DNA of 64,000 nt from Helicobacteraceae bacterium (GCA_031260125.1 JAIRKM010000035.1:6130-70129), one strand, 5' to 3'. Numbered from the stretch's first letter, positions 19,596-31,314 are shown. Made by a program: numbers and translations. The notes: a model not told the origin generated them from the sequence alone.

Positions 19596-21124
19596 CCTTC
19601 AAGCAGTTCTCGCGCGTGCCTGATGGCGGAATCAGTTATCTTATCGGCGCTGATGATCCGCGCAATCTCTTGCACTCTTCCCTCTTTGTCCAGAAGGGTA
19701 ACGGTGCTTACATTGTCGATCTTCATAACCAGATAGTGATGATCGGCTTTGCTCGTCAACTGCGACTGATGGCTGATCGCAAATATCTGATAAGCCCGTG
19801 AAAGCGTTTTTAATACCTTTGCGATGTTTGCGGCCTCTTCTCCGCTTACATTTGCGTCAATCTCATCCAAAAATAAAACCGCTTTCTCGCCGCTTTTTTG
19901 CATATCCTCACGTGAGGCGAGCAGGGCAAGTCGCAGTCTATTAAACTCTCCGGCGCTGATCTTCTCTGTAATCACGCCGTTTAATTTCAGTCGGCACTCT
20001 TGTCCAGCCATAGCAGTTAAGCGATCGGCGCTTGAGAGATCGATCGTTGCTTTTGGCAGAAAGAGCATTTTAAGATAGCCGTTGATCGACCGCTCTAAAT
20101 CTCCCTTTGCCCCATTTCTGTTTTCACGAATGATTGCCGCTTTGCGCTCTAGTTCTATTAAAAGCTGCTGCTGCTCTTTCTTTCTGTTTTTTATATCTTC
20201 CTCGATCGACTCGAATTGAGCCAGCTCGTCTTTTTTTGACCGGCAGTAGCTTAACGCTTCGCCGATGCCGCCAAAACGCCTAATCAGAGATGAAAGCCTC
20301 TCGATCCTGTCAAGCAGGGCTTCTGGATCGATCTCCTCCATCTTCTCCACCTCGCCTGCCGCCTTGTCGATCGCGCCCGCAAGATCGCCCATTGCGTCGC
20401 TCAAAAGCGTTTTGTCAATTCCAAGAAGATCGTAAAGCTCAAAAAGAGGCGAACTGTTTTCATATATCTCGCTTGCCGCGCGCGCAAGATCGCCGATCTT
20501 TTCCTTTTTTGAAAGCAGCTTTTTCAGATTTAGTAAATCCTCATATTCCCCTTCCTTTGGCGCGGTGTTTTCTATCTTTTCGATCTCAAATTTGGCGAAT
20601 TCAATCATCTCGTTCGCCTTTGCTTCCTTTTCCATCAGACTCTCAAGCTCTTGCTGCCGCCTGACGTACTGTTCAAATTCGGCGCTAAAGGCGTCGATCA
20701 GCTCGTTGTGACCGTTGTATTTGCCATTGGCGAAGATATCGAGAAGAAGGAGCAGGCTTTCGCTGTTAAAGTCGCTTATCTCCTTGTGATTTAGGTATCT
20801 AACCAAATTTGAAAAGCTATTTTTCAGCACGGCTTTTCCAACCTGAGAGTCGTTGACAAAAAAACGCACTCTGTCCTTTTTTACCTGACGGACGACTATC
20901 TCATCGCCGTCAAAATCCTCAAGCGCCGCGCCGCTTATAACAGCCTCCGCGAACGCCGCATCGCTCTCTTTTATCCCAAAAAGCGCCAATACAGCGGTAA
21001 AAAGCGCGGACTTCCCCGATCCGCTAGGTCCGGAAAATATATTCAGCCCGGCGGAAAGTTCCAGCGCGGCACTTTTGAAAGTCAACATATCCCTGATCGC
21101 AATCCGCTCAATCATAGCCGCCAT
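19592..21124 (-). CDS. recN: DNA repair protein RecN
   Basis: N-terminal Walker A FSGPSGSGKSALF, long coiled-coil, C-terminal signature/D-loop LFLDEIDANVSG; 510 aa. Confidence 0.88.
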   Translation of the reverse strand: MAAMIERIAIRDMLTFKSAALELSAGLNIFSGPSGSGKSALFTAVLALFGIKESDAAFAEAVISGAALEDFDGDEIVVRQVKKDRVRFFVNDSQVGKAVLKNSFSNLVRYLNHKEISDFNSESLLLLLDIFANGKYNGHNELIDAFSAEFEQYVRRQQELESLMEKEAKANEMIEFAKFEIEKIENTAPKEGEYEDLLNLKKLLSKKEKIGDLARAASEIYENSSPLFELYDLLGIDKTLLSDAMGDLAGAIDKAAGEVEKMEEIDPEALLDRIERLSSLIRRFGGIGEALSYCRSKKDELAQFESIEEDIKNRKKEQQQLLIELERKAAIIRENRNGAKGDLERSINGYLKMLFLPKATIDLSSADRLTAMAGQECRLKLNGVITEKISAGEFNRLRLALLASREDMQKSGEKAVLFLDEIDANVSGEEAANIAKVLKTLSRAYQIFAISHQSQLTSKADHHYLVMKIDNVSTVTLLDKEGRVQEIARIISADKITDSAIRHARELLEG

Positions 21125-21243
21125 TATACATTAGCAAAAAGCACCGGTTTTGCGTCGGCGCGCGAGAATGAAGAAGGTGAAGGGCGCTGGGGCGGCGTCA
21201 TATTTGGAAAATTGGCTAGAATTTTACATATGGTCAAAAAATT

Positions 21244-21732
21244 ATGGAGCATGGTATGAGAAATACAGATGAAAAATGGTTGAGAATAGCCGCCTGCGAA
21301 GGAAGGATAGGCGCGAGAAAAGGAGAAGGGGGGCCATTTGGCGCTTGTGTCGTCAAAAACGGCGTACTGATCGGGCGGGCGCACAGCGAAGTGATCAAGC
21401 GCAGCAACCCGTGCGCCCACGCGGAGATCAACGCGATACGCCTGGCTTGCCGAAAACTAAAAACCGTCGATCTAAGCGGCGCCACGCTTTATACAAGCTG
21501 CGAACCGTGTCCGATGTGCATGGGCGCCGCTTTGTGGGCGCGGCTATCGAGAGTTGTTTACGGCGTGAGCATAGAGAAGGCGACAGAGATCGGCTTTGAC
21601 CACTCTCTCTTTTATGACTATTTCAAAGATCGATCGATCGTTCGCTGGCTAGAAGTCAAAGAGGTCAAAAGCAAAGGTTGCACCGATCTTATGAATGCTT
21701 GGCTTTTGAATCCGCGCAGACAGCACTACTAG
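21244..21732 (+). CDS. CDA-fold nucleoside/tRNA adenosine deaminase (TadA/GuaD-like)
   Basis: Zinc-binding motifs HAEINAI and CEPCPMCMGA; 162 aa. Confidence 0.8.
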   Translation: MEHGMRNTDEKWLRIAACEGRIGARKGEGGPFGACVVKNGVLIGRAHSEVIKRSNPCAHAEINAIRLACRKLKTVDLSGATLYTSCEPCPMCMGAALWARLSRVVYGVSIEKATEIGFDHSLFYDYFKDRSIVRWLEVKEVKSKGCTDLMNAWLLNPRRQHY

Positions 21733-22841
21733 AGATCAAAAAAGCCGCGCATCATAGACAACAGCTTGTCTGTGTCAAGGGTCGGTTCGTAGTATATAAG
21801 CGTGTTGTTTAGCTGCGCTCGCAGAAGAGCGCCCTTTTCAAAATTCTTGTGTATTCTTTTGCCGCGCTTGATCGCTTCCTTTGATTCGGTGCTGGCGACA
21901 TTTATGATCATCACCTTACCGTCGTGATCCATTTGATCTAACAGCGCGTCATACTTATATATCAGATTTTCGCCATCGACTCGATCGCGGAATTTGCATT
22001 CGATTATATAGAGGTGGTTGTTTTTTATCATTAAAACATCAAACTCATTCTGCACAAGGACATTATCAACCGTGTGATAGCTCACTTTTACGCCAGAAAG
22101 TATATCGTCAAAATTCAACGAGGCTACAAGAAAATATATTATGTCTTCAAAGAGGCCGCCCAGTATATAATTCATATCAAGAATCTTGCCGTTGCGCGCT
22201 AAGACGCCCATTTTCAAAAGAGGCTCTATTACCGTTTCGTAGCGTTCCCGTTCAATATTTTTTTCAAGCATAATCCGTCTTCTGAAACGCTGAAACGTAT
22301 CAAAATTTTCCGTAATCTGCTCAATGTGCGCCTTACGGTTGTAAAGATCGTTTACATCTCTTGCCTCAATGAGCGTATAGCCTTTAGATATAATGTGGTC
22401 TTCGATTTTCATATTGTGTTTTATATTGTGCTTACGCATACCGTTTGAGGTAAGTTTTGTAATTGTATTTTCGTAGCGATCGTAAACCAATAGCTGCGCT
22501 CCGGCATCTAGCGCCTCTTTCGATAATACTATAACCAGACTCGCGCTTGCGTCGCTTGCGTTGATCATTAGTTGATCGGGCGGCGACATATTTATTATCT
22601 CGTTTATAAGAGCATAGATACTCTTTAGATCGTTAGCGTTGACCTGCGTCTCGCGCAGCGTACATTTCAAGCGGAATTTCGCGCGCACGGCGTTAAGCCC
22701 GCTGGTTATCCGAACGGCGGATTGCCTGCTGCGATCGTCTATGCCGTGAATCAGAAGGTGATGCGTTATTTCGTGCTTAAACTCAAAAAATACGGGAAGA
22801 ACAGAAGAGTCAAATTCGCCCAACAACGAAACGAGAATCAT
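21729..22841 (-). CDS. Card1/Can2-like CARF-domain nuclease (DUF1887): CARF + PD-(D/E)xK restriction-endonuclease-like domain
   Basis: 370 aa. N-terminus MILVSLLGEFDSSVLPVFFEF (CARF-type first beta strand). C-terminal nuclease motif FDVLMIKNNHLYIIECKF (D...E-C-K), very similar in pattern to the Card1 catalytic region. Strong SD AAAGGAG 7 nt before the ATG. Confidence 0.6.
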   Translation of the reverse strand: MILVSLLGEFDSSVLPVFFEFKHEITHHLLIHGIDDRSRQSAVRITSGLNAVRAKFRLKCTLRETQVNANDLKSIYALINEIINMSPPDQLMINASDASASLVIVLSKEALDAGAQLLVYDRYENTITKLTSNGMRKHNIKHNMKIEDHIISKGYTLIEARDVNDLYNRKAHIEQITENFDTFQRFRRRIMLEKNIERERYETVIEPLLKMGVLARNGKILDMNYILGGLFEDIIYFLVASLNFDDILSGVKVSYHTVDNVLVQNEFDVLMIKNNHLYIIECKFRDRVDGENLIYKYDALLDQMDHDGKVMIINVASTESKEAIKRGKRIHKNFEKGALLRAQLNNTLIYYEPTLDTDKLLSMMRGFFDL

Positions 22842-22910
22842 ATCCGCGCTCCTTTTTTGTCATAGTAGCATAACTAGACTCCAAGGGAGAGCGGATAAGC
22901 GCAGGGCGGG

Positions 22911-22945
22911 GTGAAAACAGAGGCGCGCCCCTGTTTTCACGGTTT

Positions 22946-22948
<3 letters not shown>
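22911..22948 (+). terminator. Intrinsic terminator hairpin (perfect 10-bp stem) with T-tract on the + strand; overlaps groEL stop
   Basis: GTGAAAACAG-aggcgcgccc-CTGTTTTCAC followed by GGTTTTTAG on the + strand; on the minus strand (groEL sense) it is preceded by an A-tract instead. Confidence 0.55.
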
Positions 22949-24580
<1,632 letters not shown>

Positions 24581-24594
24581 CTAATCCTTTTCTA

Positions 24595-24876
24595 TTATTT
24601 TCTGATGCCCAAGATGTCGTCGTTTTTTTCGCTGTTGTTCAGCACAACGAAGGTCTTGGCGTCAATCACGACTTCGGTTCCGGCGTATTTGCCGAACACC
24701 ACAATGTCGCCAACGGCGATTTCGCCCTTTTCCGCGACTGCCTTACTGACCGCGATGACCTTGCCGTCAAGCGGTTTTTCCTTCGCGTTGTCCGGAATGA
24801 TAATGCCTGAAGCTGTTGCGGTAGGCTCTTCGCTCCGTTCAACAAGAATGCGATAGCCAAGCGGCTGGAAACTCAT
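24595..24876 (-). CDS. groS: Co-chaperonin GroES
   Basis: [17 protein letters not shown]...; 93 aa. Confidence 0.95.
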   Translation of the reverse strand: MSFQPLGYRILVERSEEPTATASGIIIPDNAKEKPLDGKVIAVSKAVAEKGEIAVGDIVVFGKYAGTEVVIDAKTFVVLNNSEKNDDILGIRK

Positions 24877-24911
24877 TTGAACTCCTCCTTAATGGTTTTG
24901 GAAAATAAATC

Positions 24912-24938
24912 TTAGCACTCACTAGCTTAGAATGCTAA
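24912..24938 (-). promoter_or_regulatory. CIRCE operator (HrcA binding site) upstream of groES
   Basis: TTAGCACTC-N9-GAATGCTAA (consensus TTAGCACTC-N9-GAGTGCTAA; 1 mismatch), about 35 nt upstream of groES. Confidence 0.8.
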
Positions 24939-25058
24939 AAGCATTATACAACATTTAGTCTGTTCTTGTCAAGTATTGAAAATCCGACCCGCCAATTCGC
25001 GCCGTTAAACCCCGCTTGGCTATAATTTCCCTTTTTACCTATACTAAAGGGCTTTTCT

Positions 25059-26753
25059 ATGGAAGAGTTGAGCGGCTCTCAGATATTGATCGAAACGCTG
25101 CGTCTGGAAGGGGTCAAGACAGTTTTTGGCTACCCGGGCGGCGCCGTGTTGAACATCTACGATGAGCTATATAAACAAGACTATTTTGAACACGTTTTGA
25201 TGCGCCACGAGCAGGCGGCGGTTCACGCGGCGGACGGCTACGCGCGCGCCAGCGGAGGTGTTGGCGTAGCGATCGTAACGAGCGGTCCCGGATTTACCAA
25301 CGCGGTTACGGGCATCGCCACCGCGCACACCGATTCGATCCCGCTCGTGATTATCAGCGGGCAGGTCGCTACTGGGCTGATCGGCACCGACGCGTTTCAG
25401 GAGATAGACGCGGTGGGCATCAGCCGTCCCTGCACGAAGCACAACTTTCTCGTAAAATCGGTCGAGGAGCTTCCGATCATTCTGAAAAAGGCGTTTTATA
25501 TCGCCAGAAGCGGCAGGCCTGGTCCCGTGCATGTTGACATACCAAAAGATGTAACGGCGGCAAAAACGGCGTTCGCGTATCCCAAAGAGATCGCTATGAA
25601 AACCTACAAGCCGACCATAAAGGGAAATCCACGTCAGATACAAAAGGCGGTGGCGGCGATCAGGGAAGCGGCGCAGCCGATCTTTTACATAGGCGGCGGC
25701 GCGGTACTCTCCGGCGCCACAGAGATGATACGCAAGCTAGTGGAGTTCACCGGCATTCCCGTCGTAGAGACGATGATGGCTCGCGGGACGCTTCCATCGG
25801 GCGATCCGAATCTTCTGGGCATGGTAGGCATGCACGGCACATACGCGGCAAATATGGGTATCAGCGAAGCCGATCTACTTGTGGCGATGGGCGCGAGGTT
25901 TGACGACCGCGTTACCGGGCGTTTAAGCGAGTTTGCCAAGCACGCCAAAATTATCCATATTGACATCGACCCGTCCAGCATTGGCAAGATCGTCAGCGCG
26001 GATTATCCAATCGTCGGCGATCTGAAAAATGTCGTAGAGGAGCTGATCGGGCAGCTTAACGGCAACTTTGATTACACGCGGCTCGACACATGGCGCGCCA
26101 GACTGAAAAATTACGACGCGATACATCCGCTCTCCTATAGTCAAGACGGGGAGAAGATTAAGCCGCAGTGGGTCATTGAGCGAGTGGGAGAGTATTTCGG
26201 CGCAAACGCCGTGATCACTACGGACGTAGGGCAACACCAGATGTGGGCTGCGCAGTTTTACCCCTTTGACGGCGCGAACCGCTGGATCAGCAGTGGAGGG
26301 CTTGGAACAATGGGCTACGGCTTTCCGGCGGCGCTTGGGGCAAAAAAGGCGCGTCCCGATCTGCCGGTTATCAACTTTACGGGCGACGGTTCCATTATGA
26401 TGAACATTCAAGAGCTTATGACGGCAAGCGTCAATAATATAGCCGTGATCAACATTGTGCTGAACAACCGCTATTTGGGAATGGTTCGGCAGTGGCAGAC
26501 CTTTTTTTACGAAAACCGCGTGTCGCATACAGACCTTGCCGCTCAACCGGATTTTGTGAAACTTGCGGACGCGTTTAGTCTGCATGGCGTTCGCGTTACG
26601 CGGCGCGATGAGTTTCTCCCCGCTTTGAAAGCGGCGGTTGAAAGCGGCAAAACGGCGATCCTCGACGTGGAGATCGACCGCGAGGAAAACGTGCTGCCAA
26701 TGGTTCCAACCGGCGGCAGCCTTTACAATATGATTTTGGATTATAGGGGGTAG
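25059..26753 (+). CDS. ilvB: Acetolactate synthase large subunit (ThDP-dependent)
   Basis: 564 aa; ThDP-enzyme N-terminus GYPGGAVLNIYDEL and GDG...N motif GDGSIMMNIQEL. Confidence 0.9.
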   Translation: MEELSGSQILIETLRLEGVKTVFGYPGGAVLNIYDELYKQDYFEHVLMRHEQAAVHAADGYARASGGVGVAIVTSGPGFTNAVTGIATAHTDSIPLVIISGQVATGLIGTDAFQEIDAVGISRPCTKHNFLVKSVEELPIILKKAFYIARSGRPGPVHVDIPKDVTAAKTAFAYPKEIAMKTYKPTIKGNPRQIQKAVAAIREAAQPIFYIGGGAVLSGATEMIRKLVEFTGIPVVETMMARGTLPSGDPNLLGMVGMHGTYAANMGISEADLLVAMGARFDDRVTGRLSEFAKHAKIIHIDIDPSSIGKIVSADYPIVGDLKNVVEELIGQLNGNFDYTRLDTWRARLKNYDAIHPLSYSQDGEKIKPQWVIERVGEYFGANAVITTDVGQHQMWAAQFYPFDGANRWISSGGLGTMGYGFPAALGAKKARPDLPVINFTGDGSIMMNIQELMTASVNNIAVINIVLNNRYLGMVRQWQTFFYENRVSHTDLAAQPDFVKLADAFSLHGVRVTRRDEFLPALKAAVESGKTAILDVEIDREENVLPMVPTGGSLYNMILDYRG

Positions 26754-26757
26754 CCTG

Positions 26758-27234
26758 ATGCAAACAGAACGAAGGGTTATTTCCGTAGTGGTTTTGAACG
26801 AACACGGCGTGCTTTCGCGTATAAGCGGGCTGTTTGCCGGACGCGGCTACAACATTGAAAGCCTCACAGTCGCGTCTATTCCCGACAGCGAATACTCGCA
26901 TATCACGATCGTAACGATCGGCAGTCAACGGGTGCTAGAGCAGATCGTCAAGCAGCTGCACAAGCTTATTCCCGTGCTGAAGGTGATCGAGCATGAGCAG
27001 CAAAAAACAATTGAGAAGGAGCTTGCGCTTGTGAAATTCACAATCGCCGAATCGCTCAGCGACATTGACGCGCTTTGCCGTGCGTATAACGGCAAAATTG
27101 CCAACGTTGGCGAGGATTTTATCGTCGCGATGGTTGCCGATGAATCGAACAGAGTGAACAACTTTTTGAAGGCGGTAAAAAAATACAACCCCAAAGAGGT
27201 GATCAGAAGCGGCGTAGTCGCTATGGAACGCTGA
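26758..27234 (+). CDS. ilvH: Acetolactate synthase small (regulatory) subunit
   Basis: 158 aa ACT domain, VISVVVLNEHGVLSRISGLFAGRGYNIESL; immediately follows ilvB. Confidence 0.9.
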   Translation: MQTERRVISVVVLNEHGVLSRISGLFAGRGYNIESLTVASIPDSEYSHITIVTIGSQRVLEQIVKQLHKLIPVLKVIEHEQQKTIEKELALVKFTIAESLSDIDALCRAYNGKIANVGEDFIVAMVADESNRVNNFLKAVKKYNPKEVIRSGVVAMER

Positions 27235-27236
27235 TA

Positions 27237-28184
27237 GTGAAACTGCGTGATTTGGCGCTTGCGCTGGGTATGGAGGCGGACGACGATCGAGAGATAAAGG
27301 GGATAAACTCGCCCGAACTCGCCCAGGAGGACGAAATTGCGTTTCTGAGCGACGACAAATATATAGCCCCAGCCGCCGCCAGCCGTGCGGGAGCGTTTTT
27401 TATACGGCGGGAGTTTGCCGACTTGGTAAAAAAAGAGGCATTCAAGCTGATCACGGACGATCCGTATATGATGATGGCGAAGACAAGCGCTATCTTCGCC
27501 GAACCGCTGGTAAAAAGCGATGGCAAAGCCGCCGAAATCGGCGCGAATACGCAAGTGATGGAGCGTGTCCATATTGGCAGTGATACGGTGATAGGCAAAA
27601 ACTGCGTGATAATGAGCGGCGCGTATATCGGCGACGACGTAACAATAGGCGATGAGTGCGTCATCTATCCCAACGTTACGCTGTACAACAAAACGGTTCT
27701 GAAAAACCGCGTGCGCCTGCATAGCGGCACTGTGATTGGCAGCGACGGTTTCGGATATAGACATACCAAAACGGGCGAGTGCGTAAAGATATACCACTTT
27801 GGGCGCGTCGTGCTGGAAGATGACGTCGAAATCGGAGCAAACAGCGCAATCGATCGCGCCCTATTCGGCAAAACTATCATCGGGCGCGGCACAAAGATAG
27901 ACAACCTCGTGCATATTGCGCATAACTGCGTAGTGGGCGAACACTCTATTTTAGTCGCGCAGGGAGGCATAGCGGGCAGCACCACGCTTGGGCGCAACTT
28001 TGTGGCGGGTGGTCAGTTTGGCATTTCCGGACACCTTAAAATAGGCGATTTTGTTACGGTGGCGGCACGCTCAGGCGTCAGCAAAGACCTTCCCAGCGGA
28101 GGCAAATACGCCGGCTTCCCGCTGATGGAACACAAAAGGTGGTTGAGGCTTCAGGCAAAAATAGCGGGGCTATTAAAGAAATAA
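27237..28184 (+). CDS. lpxD: UDP-3-O-acylglucosamine N-acyltransferase LpxD
   Basis: GTG start 3 nt after ilvH stop; left-handed beta-helix hexapeptide repeats; 315 aa. Confidence 0.85.
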   Translation: MKLRDLALALGMEADDDREIKGINSPELAQEDEIAFLSDDKYIAPAAASRAGAFFIRREFADLVKKEAFKLITDDPYMMMAKTSAIFAEPLVKSDGKAAEIGANTQVMERVHIGSDTVIGKNCVIMSGAYIGDDVTIGDECVIYPNVTLYNKTVLKNRVRLHSGTVIGSDGFGYRHTKTGECVKIYHFGRVVLEDDVEIGANSAIDRALFGKTIIGRGTKIDNLVHIAHNCVVGEHSILVAQGGIAGSTTLGRNFVAGGQFGISGHLKIGDFVTVAARSGVSKDLPSGGKYAGFPLMEHKRWLRLQAKIAGLLKK

Positions 28185-28247
28185 TGCCCCTTTAACCGCC
28201 TCGTAGCGCTCAAGCGGTTTAACCCGCCTCAGCAAAAACGGACGCGG

Positions 28248-28739
28248 CTATTCGCTCCACGGTTCGATCTTATGCGCGATCAAACGGTAACTTGAAGCGC
28301 CCATACTGCCGGAATCGTGATCTTCGGCGATCAGTTTGCCATACACCCAGATCACGTCCATCGAGTGTATCTCTCTAAGCGGCTTATCGAGCTTAACGTA
28401 TATGATCTGATTGCGCGGCGGCGGCGGCACATGAATGCACGCGCCAAAATACGGCACCAGCAGAAACTCTTTGAGCGCCGAATTGTCCTCCCATTCAAGC
28501 GGCGCGACATAGCCGGGCAGCTTGATTGAAGCTCCTATAAAATCTCTGTTGATCGGAGCCTGCTCCCACTCTTTGATAAACCGCTGCCACACCTTTTCGG
28601 CGCGCGGATCGTCATCGGCGTAATTTTGCAGTTCCATCAGCATATCGCCGGGCTTCCACCACGCGGGGATCAGCTCCTCCCAGTCGATTGACCTATACTC
28701 CACCGCCGCGGCGGAGATCGCGATCGCTACAGCCAACAC
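28248..28739 (-). CDS. DUF3299-type periplasmic protein (ZrgD/PA4066-like) of a metal ABC uptake system
   Basis: 163 aa with signal peptide; last gene of the ABC operon. Family assignment rests on recalled operon architecture. Confidence 0.5.
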   Translation of the reverse strand: MLAVAIAISAAAVEYRSIDWEELIPAWWKPGDMLMELQNYADDDPRAEKVWQRFIKEWEQAPINRDFIGASIKLPGYVAPLEWEDNSALKEFLLVPYFGACIHVPPPPRNQIIYVKLDKPLREIHSMDVIWVYGKLIAEDHDSGSMGASSYRLIAHKIEPWSE

Positions 28740-28760
28740 AAAACGAAATATCTTAGCCTC

Positions 28761-30032
28761 CTATCGATCAACATTCAGTCCATCCGAAAGACTGATCCGG
28801 TATGCGCGTATCGCGGGTATCATCCCCGCCGCCACGCCCGCCGCCGCTACCGCCGCCATAATGATCCACTCTCCGGCGCGCGGCAGTCCAAGCTCGAACG
28901 CAATCCCGTAAGCATCTAAGATCGCCGGTCCCAGCAGAAGCGTGGCCACGTCAATCGCCGCTACCCCAGTTGCAATGCCAATCGTAACTAGTATCATACC
29001 TTCGCTTAGCAGCAGTATCGCAATGTCAAACGGCTTCGCGCCGCACGATCTCAAAACGGCCAGCTCGCGCCGCCGCTCATTCAGCCCCGCTGAAATCGTC
29101 GCGATCAGCCCCAGAAGCGTCGTTACCGTTACCAGAGAACCCACAAGCAGCAACACCCGCTCGCCCGTGCTGAGCGTCTGCCAAATCTGATCCATCGCCA
29201 CACCCGGCATTACGGCGGAAAGCGGCTCGTCTTTATACGCGCCGATCTCGCGCTGCAAAGAAAAGACCCGCGTTCGATCCTTGAGCCCCACCAGCAACGC
29301 CGTAATGCTTTTTGGCTCCAGATTGAACCGCCGCGCCTGCTCGGGCGCGACATCAAAACCTTTGATCGGCGCTCCGCCCCTCCAGTTTAAGTGGATCGCC
29401 TCCATCGCCTCAAGACTGATAAACAGCGAGCGATCGACCGGCGTGCCAGTGGGGGCGAGGATACCCGTTACCGTAAACGGCTTATCGCTGTGATCGGCGA
29501 GAACCGCCGCGCCCGATCCATGCCGCAGAACGACCGAATCGCCAAGCGCGTAGCCAAGCCTTCGCGCCGCTTCGGAACCGATCGTGATGTCGTAGAGATC
29601 GTCAAAAGGCTTGCCATTCGCGAAACGCAGCGTGTTGTCGCCGCGGAAACGGTAACGCTCAAACATCGCGCCGCTTGTCGCCACCACGGGATACCCCTTG
29701 TGCGAATCGCCCAACGAAACGGGTATTGTCCACGCAACATCCTCACGCGCCGCTATCGCCTTTGCGCTCTTGTAGCCCATGTTGTTTGTCGCGCCGCCAA
29801 GATGAAAGATCGCGTAAAAGATCAACTGAGCATCGCCGCCACGCGCGCCTACCACAAGATCGACGCCGTAAACCGCCTGCGTAAAGCTCTCCCGCGCCTG
29901 CGCTCTCGTCCGCTCAATGCCTATAAGAAGCGCGGTGGATATGGCAATTGAAAAGACCACCAACGCCAGCACGCCGCGCCGATTCCACGCGCTACGCCGC
30001 GCCAGATAGACAGAATAGATCAGGCGGCGCAC
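28761..30032 (-). CDS. ABC transporter permease, FtsX/MacB-like (ZrgC-like)
   Basis: 423 aa; TM1, large periplasmic domain, three C-terminal TMs. Confidence 0.8.
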   Translation of the reverse strand: MRRLIYSVYLARRSAWNRRGVLALVVFSIAISTALLIGIERTRAQARESFTQAVYGVDLVVGARGGDAQLIFYAIFHLGGATNNMGYKSAKAIAAREDVAWTIPVSLGDSHKGYPVVATSGAMFERYRFRGDNTLRFANGKPFDDLYDITIGSEAARRLGYALGDSVVLRHGSGAAVLADHSDKPFTVTGILAPTGTPVDRSLFISLEAMEAIHLNWRGGAPIKGFDVAPEQARRFNLEPKSITALLVGLKDRTRVFSLQREIGAYKDEPLSAVMPGVAMDQIWQTLSTGERVLLLVGSLVTVTTLLGLIATISAGLNERRRELAVLRSCGAKPFDIAILLLSEGMILVTIGIATGVAAIDVATLLLGPAILDAYGIAFELGLPRAGEWIIMAAVAAAGVAAGMIPAIRAYRISLSDGLNVDR

Positions 30033-30715
30033 GAACGATCCTCTCTAATCCGGCTGATCTCGCCAATCGCCGCCGTGCGATCAAACGCTCCAGCAAGAGA
30101 GAGATCGTGGCTTACAAAGATCAAGGAAGAAGAGGCGCGAAGAGAGAGTAGTAGCCGTAAAAATCCCTCCCGCCGATCGCTATCAAGCGCGGAAGTCGGC
30201 TCGTCGGCGATGATCAGATCGGGCGCGCCGATGAGCGCTCTCGCGGCGGCAACGCGCTGCTGCTCCCCAACGCTGAGCATAGCAGCCCGCCGATCCCACA
30301 GCGCGGGCGGCAGATCGAGGCGCGTCAAAAGATCGCGCGCTTTTTCAAGCGGAACGCCCGCTTCGGCGCGGCGTCTTCCCGAAAGCTCGCACGGGATCAG
30401 CACGTTATCGAAAGGCGTGAGATATGGGATCAGGTTAAATCGCTGGAAGATAAAACCGATCCGATCGGCGCGGAAAGCGTCGCGCGCGGAGCCGCTAAGG
30501 GCGTCTATGCGCGTGCCGCACACGACAACCGAGCCGCTTTGGGGTTGTAAAATACCCGCGATCAGACTGAGCAATACGCTCTTGCCGCTACCGCTGGGAC
30601 CGTGTATAAATACACTCTCCCCGCGCTTTACGGAAAAGTCGGGAATATCAAGAACCGCCGGCTCTGTCCTCTTCCATCCAAAACGCAGGTCTTTTAAATT
30701 GACGATCTCGCTCAT
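30020..30715 (-). CDS. ABC transporter ATP-binding protein (ZrgB-like)
   Basis: Walker A GPSGSGKS, signature LSVGEQQR, Walker B LIIADEPTSALD; 231 aa. Confidence 0.9.
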   Translation of the reverse strand: MSEIVNLKDLRFGWKRTEPAVLDIPDFSVKRGESVFIHGPSGSGKSVLLSLIAGILQPQSGSVVVCGTRIDALSGSARDAFRADRIGFIFQRFNLIPYLTPFDNVLIPCELSGRRRAEAGVPLEKARDLLTRLDLPPALWDRRAAMLSVGEQQRVAAARALIGAPDLIIADEPTSALDSDRREGFLRLLLSLRASSSLIFVSHDLSLAGAFDRTAAIGEISRIREDRSCAA

Positions 30716-31275
30716 CGCCCAATCTTGATCGTCTTCTCCTTAGGCGTCAGCTCAACGGCGCTTTGAGACTTTTGGGTAACCACCCGCGCTTCGATCTCCT
30801 CTATATTAGGAAAAAACTTGAAAAGCTCAACCCCGATCGTGCCGATCGCCGCCGTGTTTTGGCACTCAAAGTCAAAATCGCCGTCAAGATCAATATGTTC
30901 GGCGTGTTCAGCATGTTCAGCGTGTTCGTCATCATCTTCCTCATCTTCATCGTCGTCCAGATGCGCCATCGACAGCTCGACTTTTACCATTTTGCAGTTA
31001 GCCGACTTAGGAAAGATGAAGATCGCGTCGGCCTTTTTCAGCGTGTCCTCCATCGCGTTGGCTTCCTTCTTTTCAGCCTCGCTCTCGGGCGTATGCTCAA
31101 AAGAGAGCAGATTGGCCAGTGGGGATTCCAGCTCAATGCTCACCGCCTTTGCCCCGATCGATACGTTAAGGCGCGCTACGCCATGCTCGTGCGCCGCGTG
31201 TTCGTGCGCTCCCTGCGCGGCTGCCGCCATCAGCGCGATCGCCGCCGCCAACCGTCCAAATGTCAAACCATACAT
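30712..31275 (-). CDS. His-rich periplasmic metal-binding protein (ZrgA/DUF2796-like)
   Basis: Signal peptide; N-terminal AHEHAAHEHG and central acidic/His tract DDDEDEEDDDEHAEHAEHAEH; first gene of the ABC operon. Confidence 0.6.
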   Translation of the reverse strand: MYGLTFGRLAAAIALMAAAAQGAHEHAAHEHGVARLNVSIGAKAVSIELESPLANLLSFEHTPESEAEKKEANAMEDTLKKADAIFIFPKSANCKMVKVELSMAHLDDDEDEEDDDEHAEHAEHAEHIDLDGDFDFECQNTAAIGTIGVELFKFFPNIEEIEARVVTQKSQSAVELTPKEKTIKIGR

Positions 31276-31295
31276 TAGTACCCTCCATTTTGAAA

Positions 31296-31314
31296 ATTGA
31301 TAATGATAACTAAA
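31296..31314 (-). promoter_or_regulatory. Fur-family (Zur/Fur) box-like operator upstream of the His-rich protein / ABC operon
   Basis: TTGATAATGATAACTAAAA: GATAAT-GATAAC hexamer array matching the first 11/12 positions of the classical Fur box; lies about 20 nt upstream of the ATG. Confidence 0.45.

Noticed and set aside
28190-28222. Inverted repeat (TTAACCGC...GCGGTTTAA) between convergent lpxD and the DUF3299 gene, as a possible bidirectional terminator
   Set aside because: Short, bulged stem and no flanking U-tracts, so it does not meet intrinsic terminator criteria.
30818-31300. 160-aa plus-strand ORF with a poly-Ser tract (SSSSSSSSSS) opposite the His-rich protein gene
   Set aside because: It is the antisense reading of the GAT/GAA/CAC-rich repeats. 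The sense-strand gene has a signal peptide, SD and operon context.
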